From: Eutreptiella sp. 'Long Island Sound 2002'
Taxonomy: Eukaryota > Protista > Euglenida
Direction of reading: 5' to 3'
Assembly: GCA_964036045.1 (NCBI GenBank)
Contig: OZ038378.1
Location: 1,054,001-1,118,000 of the forward strand
Length of the DNA: 64,000 bases
Within the stretch, counting starts at the first letter, position 1. The number at the start of each line of letters is the position of its first letter. The translations under genes and the position numbers were made by a program. Below are positions 21,165 to 34,744 of this stretch, piece after piece. The notes under the pieces were generated by a model. It was not told the origin of the DNA. It saw nothing but the letters and a program-made list of their open reading frames with translations, and ran no database searches.

Positions 21165-21325
21165 CTTTTAGCATGGACTTTGGAATGGACTTGAGTATGG
21201 ACTTTAGTGTTGACCTTAGTATGGGGTTTATTGCTGACTTTAGTATGGACTTTCGCATAGACTTGAGTATTGACTTTAGCAAAGACTCTAGCAAGGACTT
21301 GTGTATGGACTTTCGTATGGACTTT
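21165..21325 (+). repeat. 12-bp-period minisatellite (AGTATGGACTTT)
   Basis: Degenerate tandem units; they explain the SILK/MDF repeat ORFs. Confidence 0.8.
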
Positions 21326-21505
21326 CTGCCAGAGGCGCAACAAATGTACGCACCACCAGGAACGGAAAGGGATGGAGTTGGGGAGGTTGTCAGGCATGGG
21401 CCAGGAAATGGGGATGGCAACATATACAGGGCTCATGTGGGCTGCAGTGCCATTGGGTTCCAACCCGTCAAGGCGGTCTTTTGGCGCGGTGCCCCATAGA
21501 CCCAG

Positions 21506-22257
21506 GCCTGATCTCTCCCATGGGATGGTGAGGAACCTCCCATGATCACCAGACAGCGCTATACCCCGACGGGAAGGTCGGGGCCACACACAAACGGGAG
21601 CGAGTCTCGCGGGCTGAAGAGACCCAATGAGTGTGTCAATGTCCGGTAGTGGGCAGTGTACAGGCCAAAGTCCATCCCTGTCCGCCCTCACATACAAAAA
21701 GCTTCCAGGAGAACATAACATCCCTCACGCAGGCACTGTACCCATGGGGGAAGAGCCACAACGCATCTGCCTGTAACAAGCAGAACAACTAAACGAGTGC
21801 ATGCTGTACACCACCGTGTGGTATTGCAATGGGGTGCAGCGTGATTGGCGTGAAGGATGGATTGTACTCATCGTCCAATATCTGGACGATATTCTTTTTG
21901 TGACAGGACCGGTCCCTGACCACGGCAGTGGCCCGCCGTGCGGCGGGGCATCTGGTGAGCCCAAACCCAGCGGGCCAAGCCGGTAGACAGCCCATGAGGG
22001 CCTGTGGACGGCTCCACATGGGCATTTTATGGAGCATAGACCTTGGGCTTGGCCAGTGCTCCGCTGATGTGGGCGGATGCGGACGGCTCCACATGGGCCA
22101 AATACGTCCACATCAGCACTATGAGTCCTCCAGAAGCGCCGTGATGATGGGCTGGCATGTCCGCCACCACAATGCAATCCTGGTTTGGGCACATCAATGC
22201 TGAGTCAACATCATCGATGCGGCAAAAAAACAATGGCAGAATGAGCAAATCTCAGAC
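21506..22257. repeat. Dispersed repeat copy 2, carrying a ~220-bp extra segment with an RT motif-C fragment
   Basis: Matches 15538-16097 except ~21800-22020, which on + reads LIVQYLDDILFVTG then, after a frameshift, VARRAAGHLVSP. Confidence 0.75.
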
Positions 22258-23092
22258 AGCTGCCCTCTCCGGTTCGGCAGCAGAGCGGCCCACAGCTGAC
22301 TCAGGATTTGGGGCAGGAGCCACAACCGCAGCTGGAGCTCGGGCGGGAGCCCAGAACTGGAGCCGCAAACAGGGTTCAAGGCAGAGGGAGTGCGAGAGGA
22401 AGGAAGGAATGAAAGCATGTTATGGAGCATAGACCTTGGGCTTGACCTTGGGCACATCGCTGGCGGGACCCAGCACCACCAAGCCCAAGGCCTATGCTCC
22501 ATTAAATACTTTCCTTCCTTCCTCTCGGAGTCCCGCCAGTGCGATGTGTCGTGCTGGCCGGGCACCTCCTACGCCGACAGAGCTAGAGGCTCCGCTGCTG
22601 GCTCACCTCAGGTCTATTTACAAGTTGCTTGGCCATCGGTCATGGGTAACGGAAGCAAATTGCAACTTCGTGCGCAGCAGCTTTAAAGCCTCTTTCATCA
22701 AGTCTCATCCAGTCACCTGGTCTAAAACCCGTTTCTTGTCAGCCAGTTCCTCAATCCCAGTTCCTCAATCCCAGGCTCCGAGGGCGTATTCTACGGGGTC
22801 GGGGAAGGGGGAGGTGCCGATGCCCAAAGGGGACGGCTCACTGAACTGGAACAGCCCAGAGGCGTTGCCAGCCGGTTCAGGCGGAGATGCACCGGACGCG
22901 CTGCCGTTGCCGTCCAACCTTTGTACATCAGGACGCTCGGTGCCCCTCGGCTGCTCGATGATGTTGTGCCGCAGGAGGATACCAGTCCACAAGGACCGTG
23001 ACCGGGTGCGCTTGGGAGGAAGCCGTCACCGGAGGACGCCCAGCCCCTGGCTGTCTCCTGTACCACTGGTGAACAGGTCCGTGGGAACAAGC

Positions 23093-25429
23093 TCAGGCTC
23101 CTGGGGCCCAGGCCTGCGGGGCGTCCTTGGCAAACGCGGCCTGTGACATACGCGGAGAGTCCCGGGGGTCGTCTTCAGGGGGCACAGCCTTCTTCCCCTG
23201 GAACTCGGCGTACTGGGCCTGCAGGTCCCGGATCATCTGGGGCATGGGCACCTCCTTCCCGACGTGCCAGTGCGCGCCGCTCCGGGCGGACAGCGCCTCG
23301 GCAGACGGGTCCGAGTCGCCCGACCGGATGCACGCAAACCCGTCGTACCCCTTCTCGATCAGCTCTTTGAGGATCGCACTCCCCTGCAGCTCCGCCCCCG
23401 GCAAATGCAAGTTCTCGTCGAGGATGAGGATGTCCCCACTCTCCAGAGCGGTCCGCTTGAACTCCTCCACTTCGTCCAGGTCTTTCCCGTACATCAACAC
23501 CGTGCCGTTGGGGACCACGTTTTGCAGGTTTGTCTCCAGAGTGACCCGGGCGATGTCGCTGTCGTCAAGACCCAAGACGGTCAATCCTGGAGGAAAGGGG
23601 CGCGCCGCCTGTGCGGCTGCGGCATCCGTCGCCTGCAGTGGTTTGGCTACGGAGCTGAAGCACAGCTCAAAGAACACTTCATCGTCTTCTTGCCACAGCG
23701 CGGCAACCATGCCGCTCGCCCTTGCGGCCATAGCGATGTGGCGGAGGCCCAGCCCATCGGACAATGTGGGGCGCAACGGGTCTTGGCGCGCAGCCACGGA
23801 GACCCTGTGTTCCTGCGATGTGGACGACCAGCGGGTTTGAATGGCCGGGCGTCGGGGATTCGCGCGGTTGCTCACCAGAAACCGGACCCGGACCGGGGCA
23901 TTGTCCTCCAAGTGCTCGTTGTCTTCAGGTGTGACCTCGACCGCAAGGCCCACCCGCCGGTGTTTGGGGCACCCATGCCTCTTTGCATTGGTCACGGCGT
24001 TGTCCAACACAACATTGCAGGCCATCAGGTCAAGCTCCACCGCCACGCGAGGGCACTCGTGTCCGATCTCTCGGCCCCTAATGAGGTCTTGAGTAAACCG
24101 TAGGAGGTCGACAGGGACCAGCTCCGTCTCGTAGCAGCCGGCGACCATCCTCAGCATTGCTTCCCGCAGCTTGCACCACCACATCCCTCTGAACAGCAAG
24201 TCGGATGCTTTCGAGAGAAGCGCGTGGTGCTGGTTCGCCGCCGTCCGCTGCCGAACCAGGTCGATGCATCCGCCAGCGTCCGCCATCGTGTTTTTCAGAA
24301 GGTGGTTCAACACGCTGTCGGCGTCTTGACGGTCCTGGAGGTCCTTGGAGATGTCTGTCACAGATTGCTGCAGGTCATCCACAAGCTGCACCTGCCGTTT
24401 CAAATCGGACTCCCAGACGGAGCTCGAGCGGACCAAATGAGCCGTCCACAGCCCTGTGGCAACTATGCGGGGCCACCACCCAGGGGAGTTCGGGGACACC
24501 AGGGGCCAGCAGGCGATGACTACCAATTGGACAACACTGACGATGGCGGTCACCCGGACCCCCTGACGGATCAGGCAGCTGGACTGCACACAGTTCTGAA
24601 ACAGGATGATAAAAAGCGCGGCTGTATCCAGGAAATCGACGGGGGACGCGCCAAAGGGGACATTGGGGAGTGTTGTGTTCTGCAGAAAGGGCATTTCCAA
24701 GAGGACCTCACTCTTGACGTGCGCGACAAAGCTGTCCCAATGCCATGCCATTTGGCCTGTCATCCACACAGACCCAATCGCCAGCAGGTACACAGCATAC
24801 GGTCGGGCCGAATTGACGAAGTAAATGGTCGCAGCTGAAGCCACCGAGTACAACAGCAGGACAACACTACAGAACGCTGACAAGTGGGGAACCACCTGGA
24901 ACTTGTGGTGCCATACCTCAACGATGACCTGGAGAACCAGTAGAACACCGCTGATTGCACACCAATGATACAGGTCTTTGGTGCTAATGGCACGGCGTTC
25001 CCTTTGATATGTGGGCTCTTCTGCTGCAGCGGAATGGATAGCCTCCATGGCAATGGAGGTGTGGTTCTTTGTGCCCTCGGCGGTACTGTTCCGATCCTTG
25101 ACGTCGGAGGATGGGTGCCTCTGCAAGGACGCGCGGGTGCCGCTTGATATGTTGGATGCGGTGCCAATGTCATGGGCTGATGGGAAATTGTGTGTCTTCC
25201 ACAAGTGAGAAGAAGAGCTTTGGACGCAGCGTGCAGTGATGGGCCATGGCTCCTCCGAGCAGCTAGCAAGAGACGGAGAATGCGGAAGAGACAGGACACT
25301 ATTGCCTGCGTGCATCACTAAGCATGTGCCGGACTCGATTTCAGCTTCATCCGCCACCAGCACATCAGCTTCGTCAGCCACCATTCCCACTGGGGAACGG
25401 AAAAAGCTGCCATTGTAAGCCTGGGACAT
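23093..25429 (-). CDS. Membrane-bound hybrid sensor histidine kinase / response regulator (~778 aa from the proposed ATG), uninterrupted ORF
   Basis: About 6 hydrophobic segments, a coiled coil, H-box VLNHLLKN (His 24302-04), N-box VLDNAVTNAKRHG, G2 SDGLGL, and receiver LDDS / ILDEN / IRSG / VGKE. Start uncertain; the first ~90 aa of the 870-aa ORF look repeat-derived. Confidence 0.88.
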   Translation of the reverse strand: MSQAYNGSFFRSPVGMVADEADVLVADEAEIESGTCLVMHAGNSVLSLPHSPSLASCSEEPWPITARCVQSSSSHLWKTHNFPSAHDIGTASNISSGTRASLQRHPSSDVKDRNSTAEGTKNHTSIAMEAIHSAAAEEPTYQRERRAISTKDLYHWCAISGVLLVLQVIVEVWHHKFQVVPHLSAFCSVVLLLYSVASAATIYFVNSARPYAVYLLAIGSVWMTGQMAWHWDSFVAHVKSEVLLEMPFLQNTTLPNVPFGASPVDFLDTAALFIILFQNCVQSSCLIRQGVRVTAIVSVVQLVVIACWPLVSPNSPGWWPRIVATGLWTAHLVRSSSVWESDLKRQVQLVDDLQQSVTDISKDLQDRQDADSVLNHLLKNTMADAGGCIDLVRQRTAANQHHALLSKASDLLFRGMWWCKLREAMLRMVAGCYETELVPVDLLRFTQDLIRGREIGHECPRVAVELDLMACNVVLDNAVTNAKRHGCPKHRRVGLAVEVTPEDNEHLEDNAPVRVRFLVSNRANPRRPAIQTRWSSTSQEHRVSVAARQDPLRPTLSDGLGLRHIAMAARASGMVAALWQEDDEVFFELCFSSVAKPLQATDAAAAQAARPFPPGLTVLGLDDSDIARVTLETNLQNVVPNGTVLMYGKDLDEVEEFKRTALESGDILILDENLHLPGAELQGSAILKELIEKGYDGFACIRSGDSDPSAEALSARSGAHWHVGKEVPMPQMIRDLQAQYAEFQGKKAVPPEDDPRDSPRMSQAAFAKDAPQAWAPGA

Positions 25430-27635
25430 GTTTAATAAAGACACCTGAGACCAAGAGGTGGTGCTGCCTCGACGCCAACCGTCATCGGTTGCCGGCCAAC
25501 CACTGTCCAGTAATGACCAACTGCCATCGGCCAACCGCTGTCTCCACCAAAATCGGACGGTCCTGAACGAGTGGAAGAATCTGGGCGACTTAGGCAGGGC
25601 CCTGCATTGAATGTGGCAACGTGTTGGCACTGAGGGGATAGGGAAACCGCCAGGCTGCAGGCCCAGGACGCAGGGTGTTCTCTTCCTTGGAATGCAATGA
25701 ACCACTCCAGCTGTCTGTTGGAGGCTCCTACAACGGGGCTGTGAGAGATGACTCTGAAAAAATGAGATGGCTTAACAAAAGTCGAAAGGTCAGCAACCCC
25801 TCTTGCGAGAGCACCGGGGCAAAAGCACTCCACTAGGAAAGCAATGCATTATTGAGGCCTAGACAGCCATGTCTATGGAGATACATCAGCAGTCATTTTC
25901 TGAAAGGTTCCTACAATGGTTGTATTAATGCGAAGCGACACACAGGTTGCTGTATGGTTGCTCTACGACTATCTGCAATCCGTAAATGGGCGAGAGACCA
26001 CCACCTTGGCTTGGGGTTATGTACCTTGAGAAGACAGGGTTTATGTACCCATATTGATCTCTCCCCAGTATGGGCACCCCAAGAAGGCATATGTCTTTGT
26101 ATATGTATGTGTGCAGATGGATGGATGGAGGAGGGGAGGAAGTACGGCATGCAAACAATGGGATGAAAACCATGCATCACATTGCAGTTGTAGATGTTGC
26201 CTTGTGTCCCACGCTGTTGCTTGCTACGTGCCTTTGCTGGTTCAGTTGTGTGTCTGCCAGAATACCTTACTATTTTTTATTTCTGATGAACGGTAAAAGA
26301 CTTTACACCAATTGTTTATATTCAAAATTCTCAGAATGAAGAAGGGAATTCAAAAATGCCCCCAAACCCCGAAACAAATCTTGACCCCCTCACCCCACCC
26401 TACCCCTGTGTGTGACATTCCGTCGGGTTGCAGCTTCCTTACGGGGCCTTGGACAGTCACCCGTTCTTCCCTTCGTGTGCTGTGTCACGTCGTTGCGTTC
26501 TGACGGCCGCTACGGTCCATGTTCCGTGTGGTGGCGTTTCCGCAATAGCAGAGCCCAATAGTTGTCGCACTAGGGTTGTGCTGGTTATTGCGGGGTCATT
26601 TTACGGTTTCTGCCCACTTCCCTCTGCATCTAGGTTGTCTAGCACATGCCTCGCCGCGTTCCCGTGTGCGTGAGGCCCCCTTGCTCCAACCCTCCACATA
26701 TCGTCCTGGTTGTCCGCCACCTTCCCTTCCCAAACTGCGAGTTGCATGACGCCCAATGACTCCATCTCTACGCCTAGTGCACGCGGGCCTTGCGCACACC
26801 TTCATGGTTTCCGCAGGTGTCGTGTGCACCTCCGTGGGTGGTGCGTGCTCCTTTGCGGTTGACGTAGATGTCGTGCGTGCCTCTGTGGTGGCAAGGGTGG
26901 TTTGCGCCGCACGTTGCCCGCGCCGTTGTCCTTGGTTCTTCCCACCCAGGCTTTGTTGGAGGTTCCTTCCCTTTCCTGGCCCGTGGCACACTTGCCAATG
27001 GTCTAGCGGCGTGCTAGGTGCTGCACCCTCCTTAGGGTGAAATCATTGTCACCTATGTGCATGGTGACATCCGCATCGGCAAGGTCGGAGCGCACCTTGC
27101 CCCGGGCTAAGGGTACCACACGGCCTCATTGTAAGCCGCCGCATTGCGTCCTCTAGGGCATCCAATGCTTTATCCATGGTGCAGGCACCCAAGGGGAGGA
27201 AGAAATGCGGCTCTGTGGAGAGGCAACGTGGCAGGAAGGGGGGCGGGAAGTTGGGATTACTGAGTCATGAAGGGGGGTTCGTGTGGTACTTCTTGGGTCA
27301 CTTCCTGGGTGGCCCGACCACCTTACCACCTGACCACCCATTCAATTGAAGATTGTAGCAATGTGCTGTGGCATCAATAATAGTTCACAATTTCAAGCAA
27401 TCCGCAATCCACTAAATTCATTGACCCGGTTGCACCTCAACACAAGGAAAAGGGGAAGGCCTCCCCATATTTCACGATACAGCTAGCAATTGGCGCGTCA
27501 GCCAGCGCTCACACGTTCCTTCTTTGTTTTTTGTTCTAGCACACTTGGTCTCAAATGAGCCCTCGAGCGGCGTAGTGGTGGTCGGGACTTCCCAAGGTGA
27601 GGATGAAATTTGTGCTAGAGATAAGATACTTAACA

Positions 27636-27688
27636 CAAAGGTAGCGCGCCGGGCATGCGCCGGGCACGCGCCGGGCAAACATTCCCCC
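27636..27688 (-). mobile_element. Isolated Harbinger-family terminal sequence (inverted)
   Basis: GTAGCGCGCCGGGC...GCCGGGCAAACATTCCCCC is the reverse complement of the termini at 679 and 1683. Confidence 0.6.
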
Positions 27689-30600
27689 TAAGACACATTT
27701 GATAGCCCAGCGTGGGCGAACTCAAGGCGACATTCGGCATTGGTTTGGAAGAGCGATGACCATATGGCCTGTGTCACCAACGAATGGTGGCCATGCACCA
27801 GGGCCTCAGGCAACTGTACAAGCTAGAATGAGAGTGTACATGTGATTCTTGCGGCGCATAGACGGCTCATGCCATACATGGCGAATAGAGTGTCCATGTG
27901 GTATGTCAAGGATTGGATTGGCTTAGCCTGCTAGTACTTTTACACCCCCTAGACGAAGTGGTCTGCACCCAAGGTGCCATGGCTGATGCATGTGGTGCCG
28001 TTAGGGTTGGCACTCCCCAGGACTTGCCATTGTGTTGGCAGATGCAACACCCTTGCGGCATACATTTGCTACATGGTGTGAAGTCTACATCCATGTGTGG
28101 ATTGCCCTTAGTGCAACTCTAGGTGTGAGGCATTCGGTGACATGGTGGACCATGGATGGCCCCACCAATGCAAACTTCCTCCGTGTGATCGTCTGGTTGG
28201 GAGACCTAACGGAGTAGGAACACGAGGTCTGCATTGAATTAGATATCATCGCGTAGGCCATGCCCCTAGGTTTGGCATGGTGAGCCCACACGGTGGGCTT
28301 CCATTCTACTGCCTACCGGCGCTGCCCAGACTTGCAGGTGTTGGCACAACCTTGTTCCGTTGCGTGTGAGTCAAGTGCTCCTTTGCTAGTCGCGCTGCCA
28401 GAGGCACCTTGGCAGCATCGTGGGCATGATCTTGCCAAAAAGGGCCACAAGGGCATGGACCGCATAGCCCCAATCTCTAAAGGGCCGCGTAGCCCAATCC
28501 TCTTGCACCTAGTCCTCCACCATGGCACCACATGCTTCACAACCCATTACCAACGCGGCAGTACTGGTTGTAATCCCCAACACACACACTTGGGAGCAGC
28601 ATACGTTAGGGTTAGGGTTAGGAAGGGCACATGCTTGGTTGTCACCCGCGATGCTTCCGGGGCCCAATGGTGCCCCACTAGGTGCCGGATCCCGCGGGCG
28701 TACGCCAACAAGAACTTTGCAATGCAGGGGCCCACGGTGGGCTCTCTGAGTGCCCAACCCCCCGCGCGCACAAAAATTTCCACAGGATGCCCCAGTGGTG
28801 GCCCAATGGGTGCCGGATCCCCTAAGCGTTGGCCAAACGGGATTGTGTGTTGTAGGGCCCGGGGTTGGTCCACTGGGTGCCACATCACCTAACCGCGTTT
28901 TGAGCACAACCACCACCTATCATGGTGTTGGGGTCCCAAACTTAAGCAAATCGCCCCCCATGGTGCCCAGATGGTTTAGCAATGTGCACATGGGGGAGCC
29001 ACAAAGGAAATCATTTTTAGGAGCTATAGTCCATGGCTTAGATGGTGGCAGTTCACCAAAGCTCTTCACAAGTAAAGAGCCATAATGGAGAACAAGACAG
29101 CCATCCTATACCACAAGAGGCTCCCTCCTCAACAATGTTTACATGTTCACTTGGCAGGTGCCCTCCCCCTTGGATACCGCGGGAGGAAGTCAGACACAAA
29201 CAAATACGGATTTGGGTTTCCCCCACCTCGGCCAATATGCACATTGAGGAGCCAAAATATTTGACCACATTGGAGTCTAGACATGTAATCACCATAGGTA
29301 CATACAACACAAACATATTGATGTTCATAGTGTGTGAACTTGGTCAAACTTGATATGTGAACTTGATGCGAAGCCATAGGGTGAAGGCCATCGTTAGATC
29401 CCGCAAAGGCCAACATCCAATTGGTACTTTGACTGAGCGTGCACAGCTAGAAGTTTGCCAATCCACCACTTTGGGGATCACTACATATCTTCCAGACCCA
29501 GTGTTTTTTTTCTTGAGTATGAGGCAATGTCCTTAGCAAATGGGACCGCAAAAAAGCTTCTCCACCACTTGCAATGTGCATGGCGGCGTACCCTCCACTA
29601 CTAGATATTACCAATTTTTCACACAAATGGGTTATATCCGTTCCTACTTAGCACTGGGGCATACCAACTTGAGCAGGCACCAGTCCCCCTCATTAAATAG
29701 AGCAGAGTGCACCTGTATCCAAACCTTCCTTGGGCAACGCTGAGTAGAAGTCACATGGCAAGGAACAATGGGGGGACGGCACCAAACATAAATGAATCAA
29801 AATGATACCCAACCATGTGCTAATCATTTTGAGATTGGACACAAATAAGGCAAAACAACATTGTTCTCAAATACTTCTTGGTGTTACACGGTGCACAGTC
29901 CAATGGACGACGCGTCCCCACTATACACAATCGACGACAAGGAACACCTTCAGTACAATCCTTAACAGTGACTTTGTCGGTCCGCCGACACGGCGAGACT
30001 CCTAAATCCTCTTCACCGCCACAGCGAACATGCGCGCCAAATCCCAGGTCTCGCAACCACAAGAATAATAAATGAGGAAATTCAAACCACAGGCCACTGT
30101 CAACCCCAAGAAGGCAGGTTCGGGGTCGGGTGGCGGGCGGAAAGAAATTTTCAACAAATGTGAGACACGGCAATACAAACAGGGTATCTATGTGGTGGGG
30201 GGAAATTGTATTTCCTTTGGTCAGGGGCCTGGAGGAGAGATTGAACTTTGCACAAATTTACAGGTGTCATTAGATTGCCTAAACAACAGCAATTTTGGGC
30301 ATTCGTCGATTAACGTCCAGTGGCAAATGTAGGTCGGGGAGCTGGGAGGTGGGGCACTTGTGGCCTCCCATACATGCTCCTCGCCTAAGCCTGCACCGCA
30401 GCTAGGAGGGACGAGCTGGCAGGGACTAAGTCACTTCCAAGCTGGCTGGCCCTCCCGTGCGCCTAGCCCAGCGCCCTCCCGCCTTCATTGCCCGGCCATG
30501 CTAGCTCTTCGGCCGCCCTGCCCTGGTGGAGGGTTCGGAGGCCAGGGTCATGAAGTTGTGCGTGCGCATCCCCCCCTTGGGCCGCACCCACTGACTCCGC

Positions 30601-33600
30601 CTGGCCATGGATGGGGTTATTGCCCCCCCCCCACACACACGCTTGAAAGCCTCCTCACCCGCGCCCTCCAGCACGGCGGACGGGGTGTGGGGCAACCCCC
30701 CGTCCCCGCGGCTTGAAAAACCCGCTATAATCCATCTTCGGCTGAAATTTGCCCCCACGTGGGTTGGCGGCTGCCGAATTCGGCATGGGAAGGGGGTGAT
30801 TGTGCTCCCCCTTCCCCCCAATTTGGCCAAGTTTGCGCTACCTAGAGCTACTACGGCCAGCCTTGGGCTGGCCGCATGCGCGTGGGGGAGGGGGCCCAAC
30901 TTGCCTCGAGGTAGCACCCCGCCATTCCTAGAGGGCACTTGGACGGTAAGTGAACCGCCCACCTCGTTGCACTAGACAGTCAATGGGGGGCCCAGGGCGG
31001 TTGAGACTGGGCGAGGATGGGGTGAGAGACACAATTACCCCGGGCGACGTACGATGCAGTAGGCTATGGGTGCGAGGAAACAAAAGAGGAGTGCTGTGAT
31101 AGCAAGACAGCGAGCCGGAGCCCCGTAACGCAACAGCAGACTTCACTCTCCGCCAGCATCATCTCTTGCTGCTTCAAGATGCAATGGTGGAGGCAGACGG
31201 TATGCCCCTGCAGCACCGGCGGCAGCACCACATCGGCGCCATTCCCTCTTCCCCGTGGGCGTGGGGGCCGGGGACAGGGGTGGGGTTCTACAATAGCGCG
31301 TCGGGGGACACCAATGCCCAAGGGGCCGTTGTTCCCCTATGGGGGCATCGGACGACAAAATCTGGCACGCTGAACCCCAGGAAGTCTAGCCCTGCCAACA
31401 TTGCATCGCGCTCCGGAGGGCTAAGACTAGAAGAGTCCAGCCCTGCCCACACGGCGGGGTGGGGAGGGGGGTGGGGGTGTGAAAGAACACAACCTCTGCC
31501 CCCCCTCCCCCCGTCCTTCCAACTCCAACTGATCACATAGGCCCAGCCCGCCCCCCCCCCTTGGTGTGTCCCAGTGCGTCCCGCCCCCCCCCCCCCCCGG
31601 CGGCTAGAAAGGCCGTGGGCGTACAAAAACCCTCTGGGTGGGGGGGCAGTTTGGCCACAGAGCCAGCTAAGGGTAGTCGCTGGCTGCAAGCGCCAAGTGG
31701 GCACTACTTTTGAGATGGGCTCAGCTTGGGGGGGGGATGAAGCACGGATACTTGGCTCTGCTTGGAGGGGGGGTTGAAGAGCTCATCCTCTGCTCCCCCG
31801 CATCTGCATGTGCAACAGTCACTTGCGCCGCTGCCGCTAGAGCAGCAATTGCCGCTGCGGCAGCGGCGGTCACTGTTGTGGCTACGATCTTGGCTTCCTC
31901 GGCGTTCATCCGATCCCCTCATGAAGTACGCCCTTCTGTGGCCGTGTTGGAGGGGTGGTCGGTGGTGACGTTGCTTGCGGTGATGGCGGCCGCCTCATGG
32001 TTGGTGTCGTCCCTAACCATGTGGAAGGAGACATCCCTGCGGGTGTGGCCCTAGCTTGGTGGAGCCGTTGGGGGCACAGGGGCCGTGTTGACGCCGCTCT
32101 CGTCAACCTCTGGCATCTCCGGTACCTCCCTAGGGCCTTTTGTATCGGAGTCCGGGAGGGTGTTGTCCCCCTGGGCGTCCACGAGGCACTCCACCACGAA
32201 GGAGTCCCTGGTCTCAGTGTCCGCAGGGCCCCCGTGTCATCCTCGTTGTCGCCAGCGAGGCGGCGGCGGGCGCGGGGCTACCCGCGGCTGCGCCGCAGCG
32301 GGCGGCAGCAAGGCGGGCAACTCCGGTTCTAGAGCGGGCTCCGGGCTAAGGGCTCGCCGGAGTCCAGCGGAGAAGCTTCGGCTTGGGCATGTTGGGGGCC
32401 CAGGGGGTCTACCCCCAGCCGTCGCCTGGGATGCCCCATTTGGCGTCATACTCAGTGACCCGCTGTCCCGGCTGGAGCACAACAGGCCCCCAACAGGACC
32501 CACCCTCCGCCGGGGTTGTCGAAGTCGTCGAGGTAACAATAACAAAGCCCGGGATGCGCCCCCAACATGGGGGGCTCCCCGCGACAAAGACATGGTGATT
32601 GAAGCTCACTTGAAGCATCCTGGCGACATGCAAGCGCGCACTGAGGGCCCAACAGCAATTTTGGGGCTCCCGGGACAGACCCATGTCCCGGGCTACATTG
32701 GCGTAGCCGCCACCATGTGGGTCCCGGTGGGTGCTCTGTCCACCACTCTGGCTACTCCGCCGCCTACATCCACACATCTCTTTGTTGTTGTGCTATTGCC
32801 TTTTGCGTTCCTTGGTGTTCTCTTTGCGCGGGCGCTTGGACCGTCCCTGTTGGGCTTCCGTTTGTCCCACTCCTGACGCTCTTTGCCTTATGGACTGCAA
32901 CCTTGCCATATCCACCACGCCATTGTGTGTGTGCATGTGTGTGCAAGCATAGGGGCGTGCTTACCACTCCACCTTATCTTGCACTCCCAAACACAACCTT
33001 GCCAAAATGTGTGCCCTCCACAATATATATTTTTTATACTTGCTAGATACGCTTGTGTGGGCGACACATGACCAAAAGGCATGCCTAAATAATGGAACAA
33101 GTCACATAATTGTGCCCTGTGAATCCACGATGTCCGGTTGGGTTGCCACTTCCTCAAAATCAGATGGGGTGGGATAGCATGGGATCCACAATAGTGGCTA
33201 TACCCCCATTTGAACTAGAGTCCAAACAGCCATTTGTGCCATGCAAGGCTGCAGATGCATAAGGGACACTACGATATTGGGCCAAGCAAGCACTATGTGG
33301 GTCCCCATGGGTGCTCAAGTACCCATATTGTCACCAAATGATCACCCGACCCCATCCTAGGGGCGACAAATAGGATTTGGAAAAAGTCGAATTACGGAAA
33401 TTTCCCAGGTGCCACTAAACAACCCAACAAACTGCTTTGCATATTGTGGCCGTTTATGTTGATTCAGAACTAGGTCTTGAACAACTTTTCTCTTGTACAT
33501 GGCCCCCCCCAGCCAGTTGCAAAGGTCCCGGGTCCAAACTCCGGAAACCCCGGTCGCCCCCCCCCAAAAAAAAATGGGCCCTTACGAATTAGGCCGTTTT

Positions 33601-34744
33601 CACGCGGGTTGCCCCTCTCCCCCCTCCCCCCCAACACACCCGGCCCCCCAAAAGGGGTGCCCGGGTACAGGGGGGTAGAAGGGGTTCAACCCAAAAAATC
33701 TATCGGGGCATCATTTTCTGTCCCAAAATGATGATTTTACAGGGAGTTCCCTCCTTTGGGCCCACACACTGTGCATCTTCCCCATGACACATTCTCATGC
33801 AGTCCTGCATGCAGCATCAAGTGACACGCAACAACACCAACCGCCAACTCCTGGCAAAACAATGAAGTGTCAAGTGACCATGTGCCGGTGTTGTCGGCAT
33901 CGCCGACGGCACCACCACGGTCTCTGAACTCCAAACAGCGATGACGCACAACAACAAACACTAAGAGTTAGACAGCAGGTGCCCTCGTCCCACCCTCCGG
34001 CACAATTTAAACTCAAGTTTACCCCGGGTAAATTTTAGTTGGACAGCTGATGCCATACCTTGGGGGGTGGCTCACCACACCGCGTGCTAAGGTAGACTAG
34101 TCACTTACCGGTGTGCCACACAACCTTTTCACGTAGGGACGCAGTGGCCCAAGTGGTTAGCATGCATCAACGGTCAACTCCAACCCAACAATCTCTTCCC
34201 CAGGGAACTTATGGCCGCAACCACCCATACCTCGTGCCAGGGAGGCCATTATGTGGCCGAGAGGGGCAGACATGGGGCAGCAGGCGGTGGGGACGCATGG
34301 CGCTCGGAAGTGGGAGCCTCCGCGCGGACAATGAGGAAGGTGAGATGCTTCATGGGACAATCGGGGCAAAGCTGCGCATGGCTTGAGCGCTCATAGCTCA
34401 TGGCGACACACTCTAAGAAGGATGAGAGGCCCACAACAATGGCAGGCGCGCGCTTCCCTGTGGTGCCTCTCGAGTAAAAGTCGTCACTGCCCGGCACAAA
34501 AGGTCGACATTCATTGCCACATGTACTGTGGAAACAAAGGAGGCAAAACATAATCACACGGATGTTTTCAATTTCACAAGGTGCCCTGCTGCCCATTCTT
34601 AGACGCAAACAGTGTTATTTCCACCCAAACACAACAATTGGCCACCCATTTGTGATGCCACGGCCCACATGACCGGTTTTGGGCAAAATTCCATGGTACC
34701 GTTGTTGTACGCCAACCAGGCCTGAGCGCACCACACGTGAGACA

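Noticed and set aside
25430-25705. N-terminal ~92 aa of the 870-aa kinase ORF
   Set aside because: Starts at a non-ATG codon and overlaps a CCAACC-rich repeat related to the GGCGGTT minisatellites; probably UTR or intron, though not excluded.
26411-27053. Solo LTR (TGTGACA...TGTCACC)
   Set aside because: The terminal inverted repeat is imperfect, there is no clean TSD, and no second copy or PBS/PPT is present in the window.
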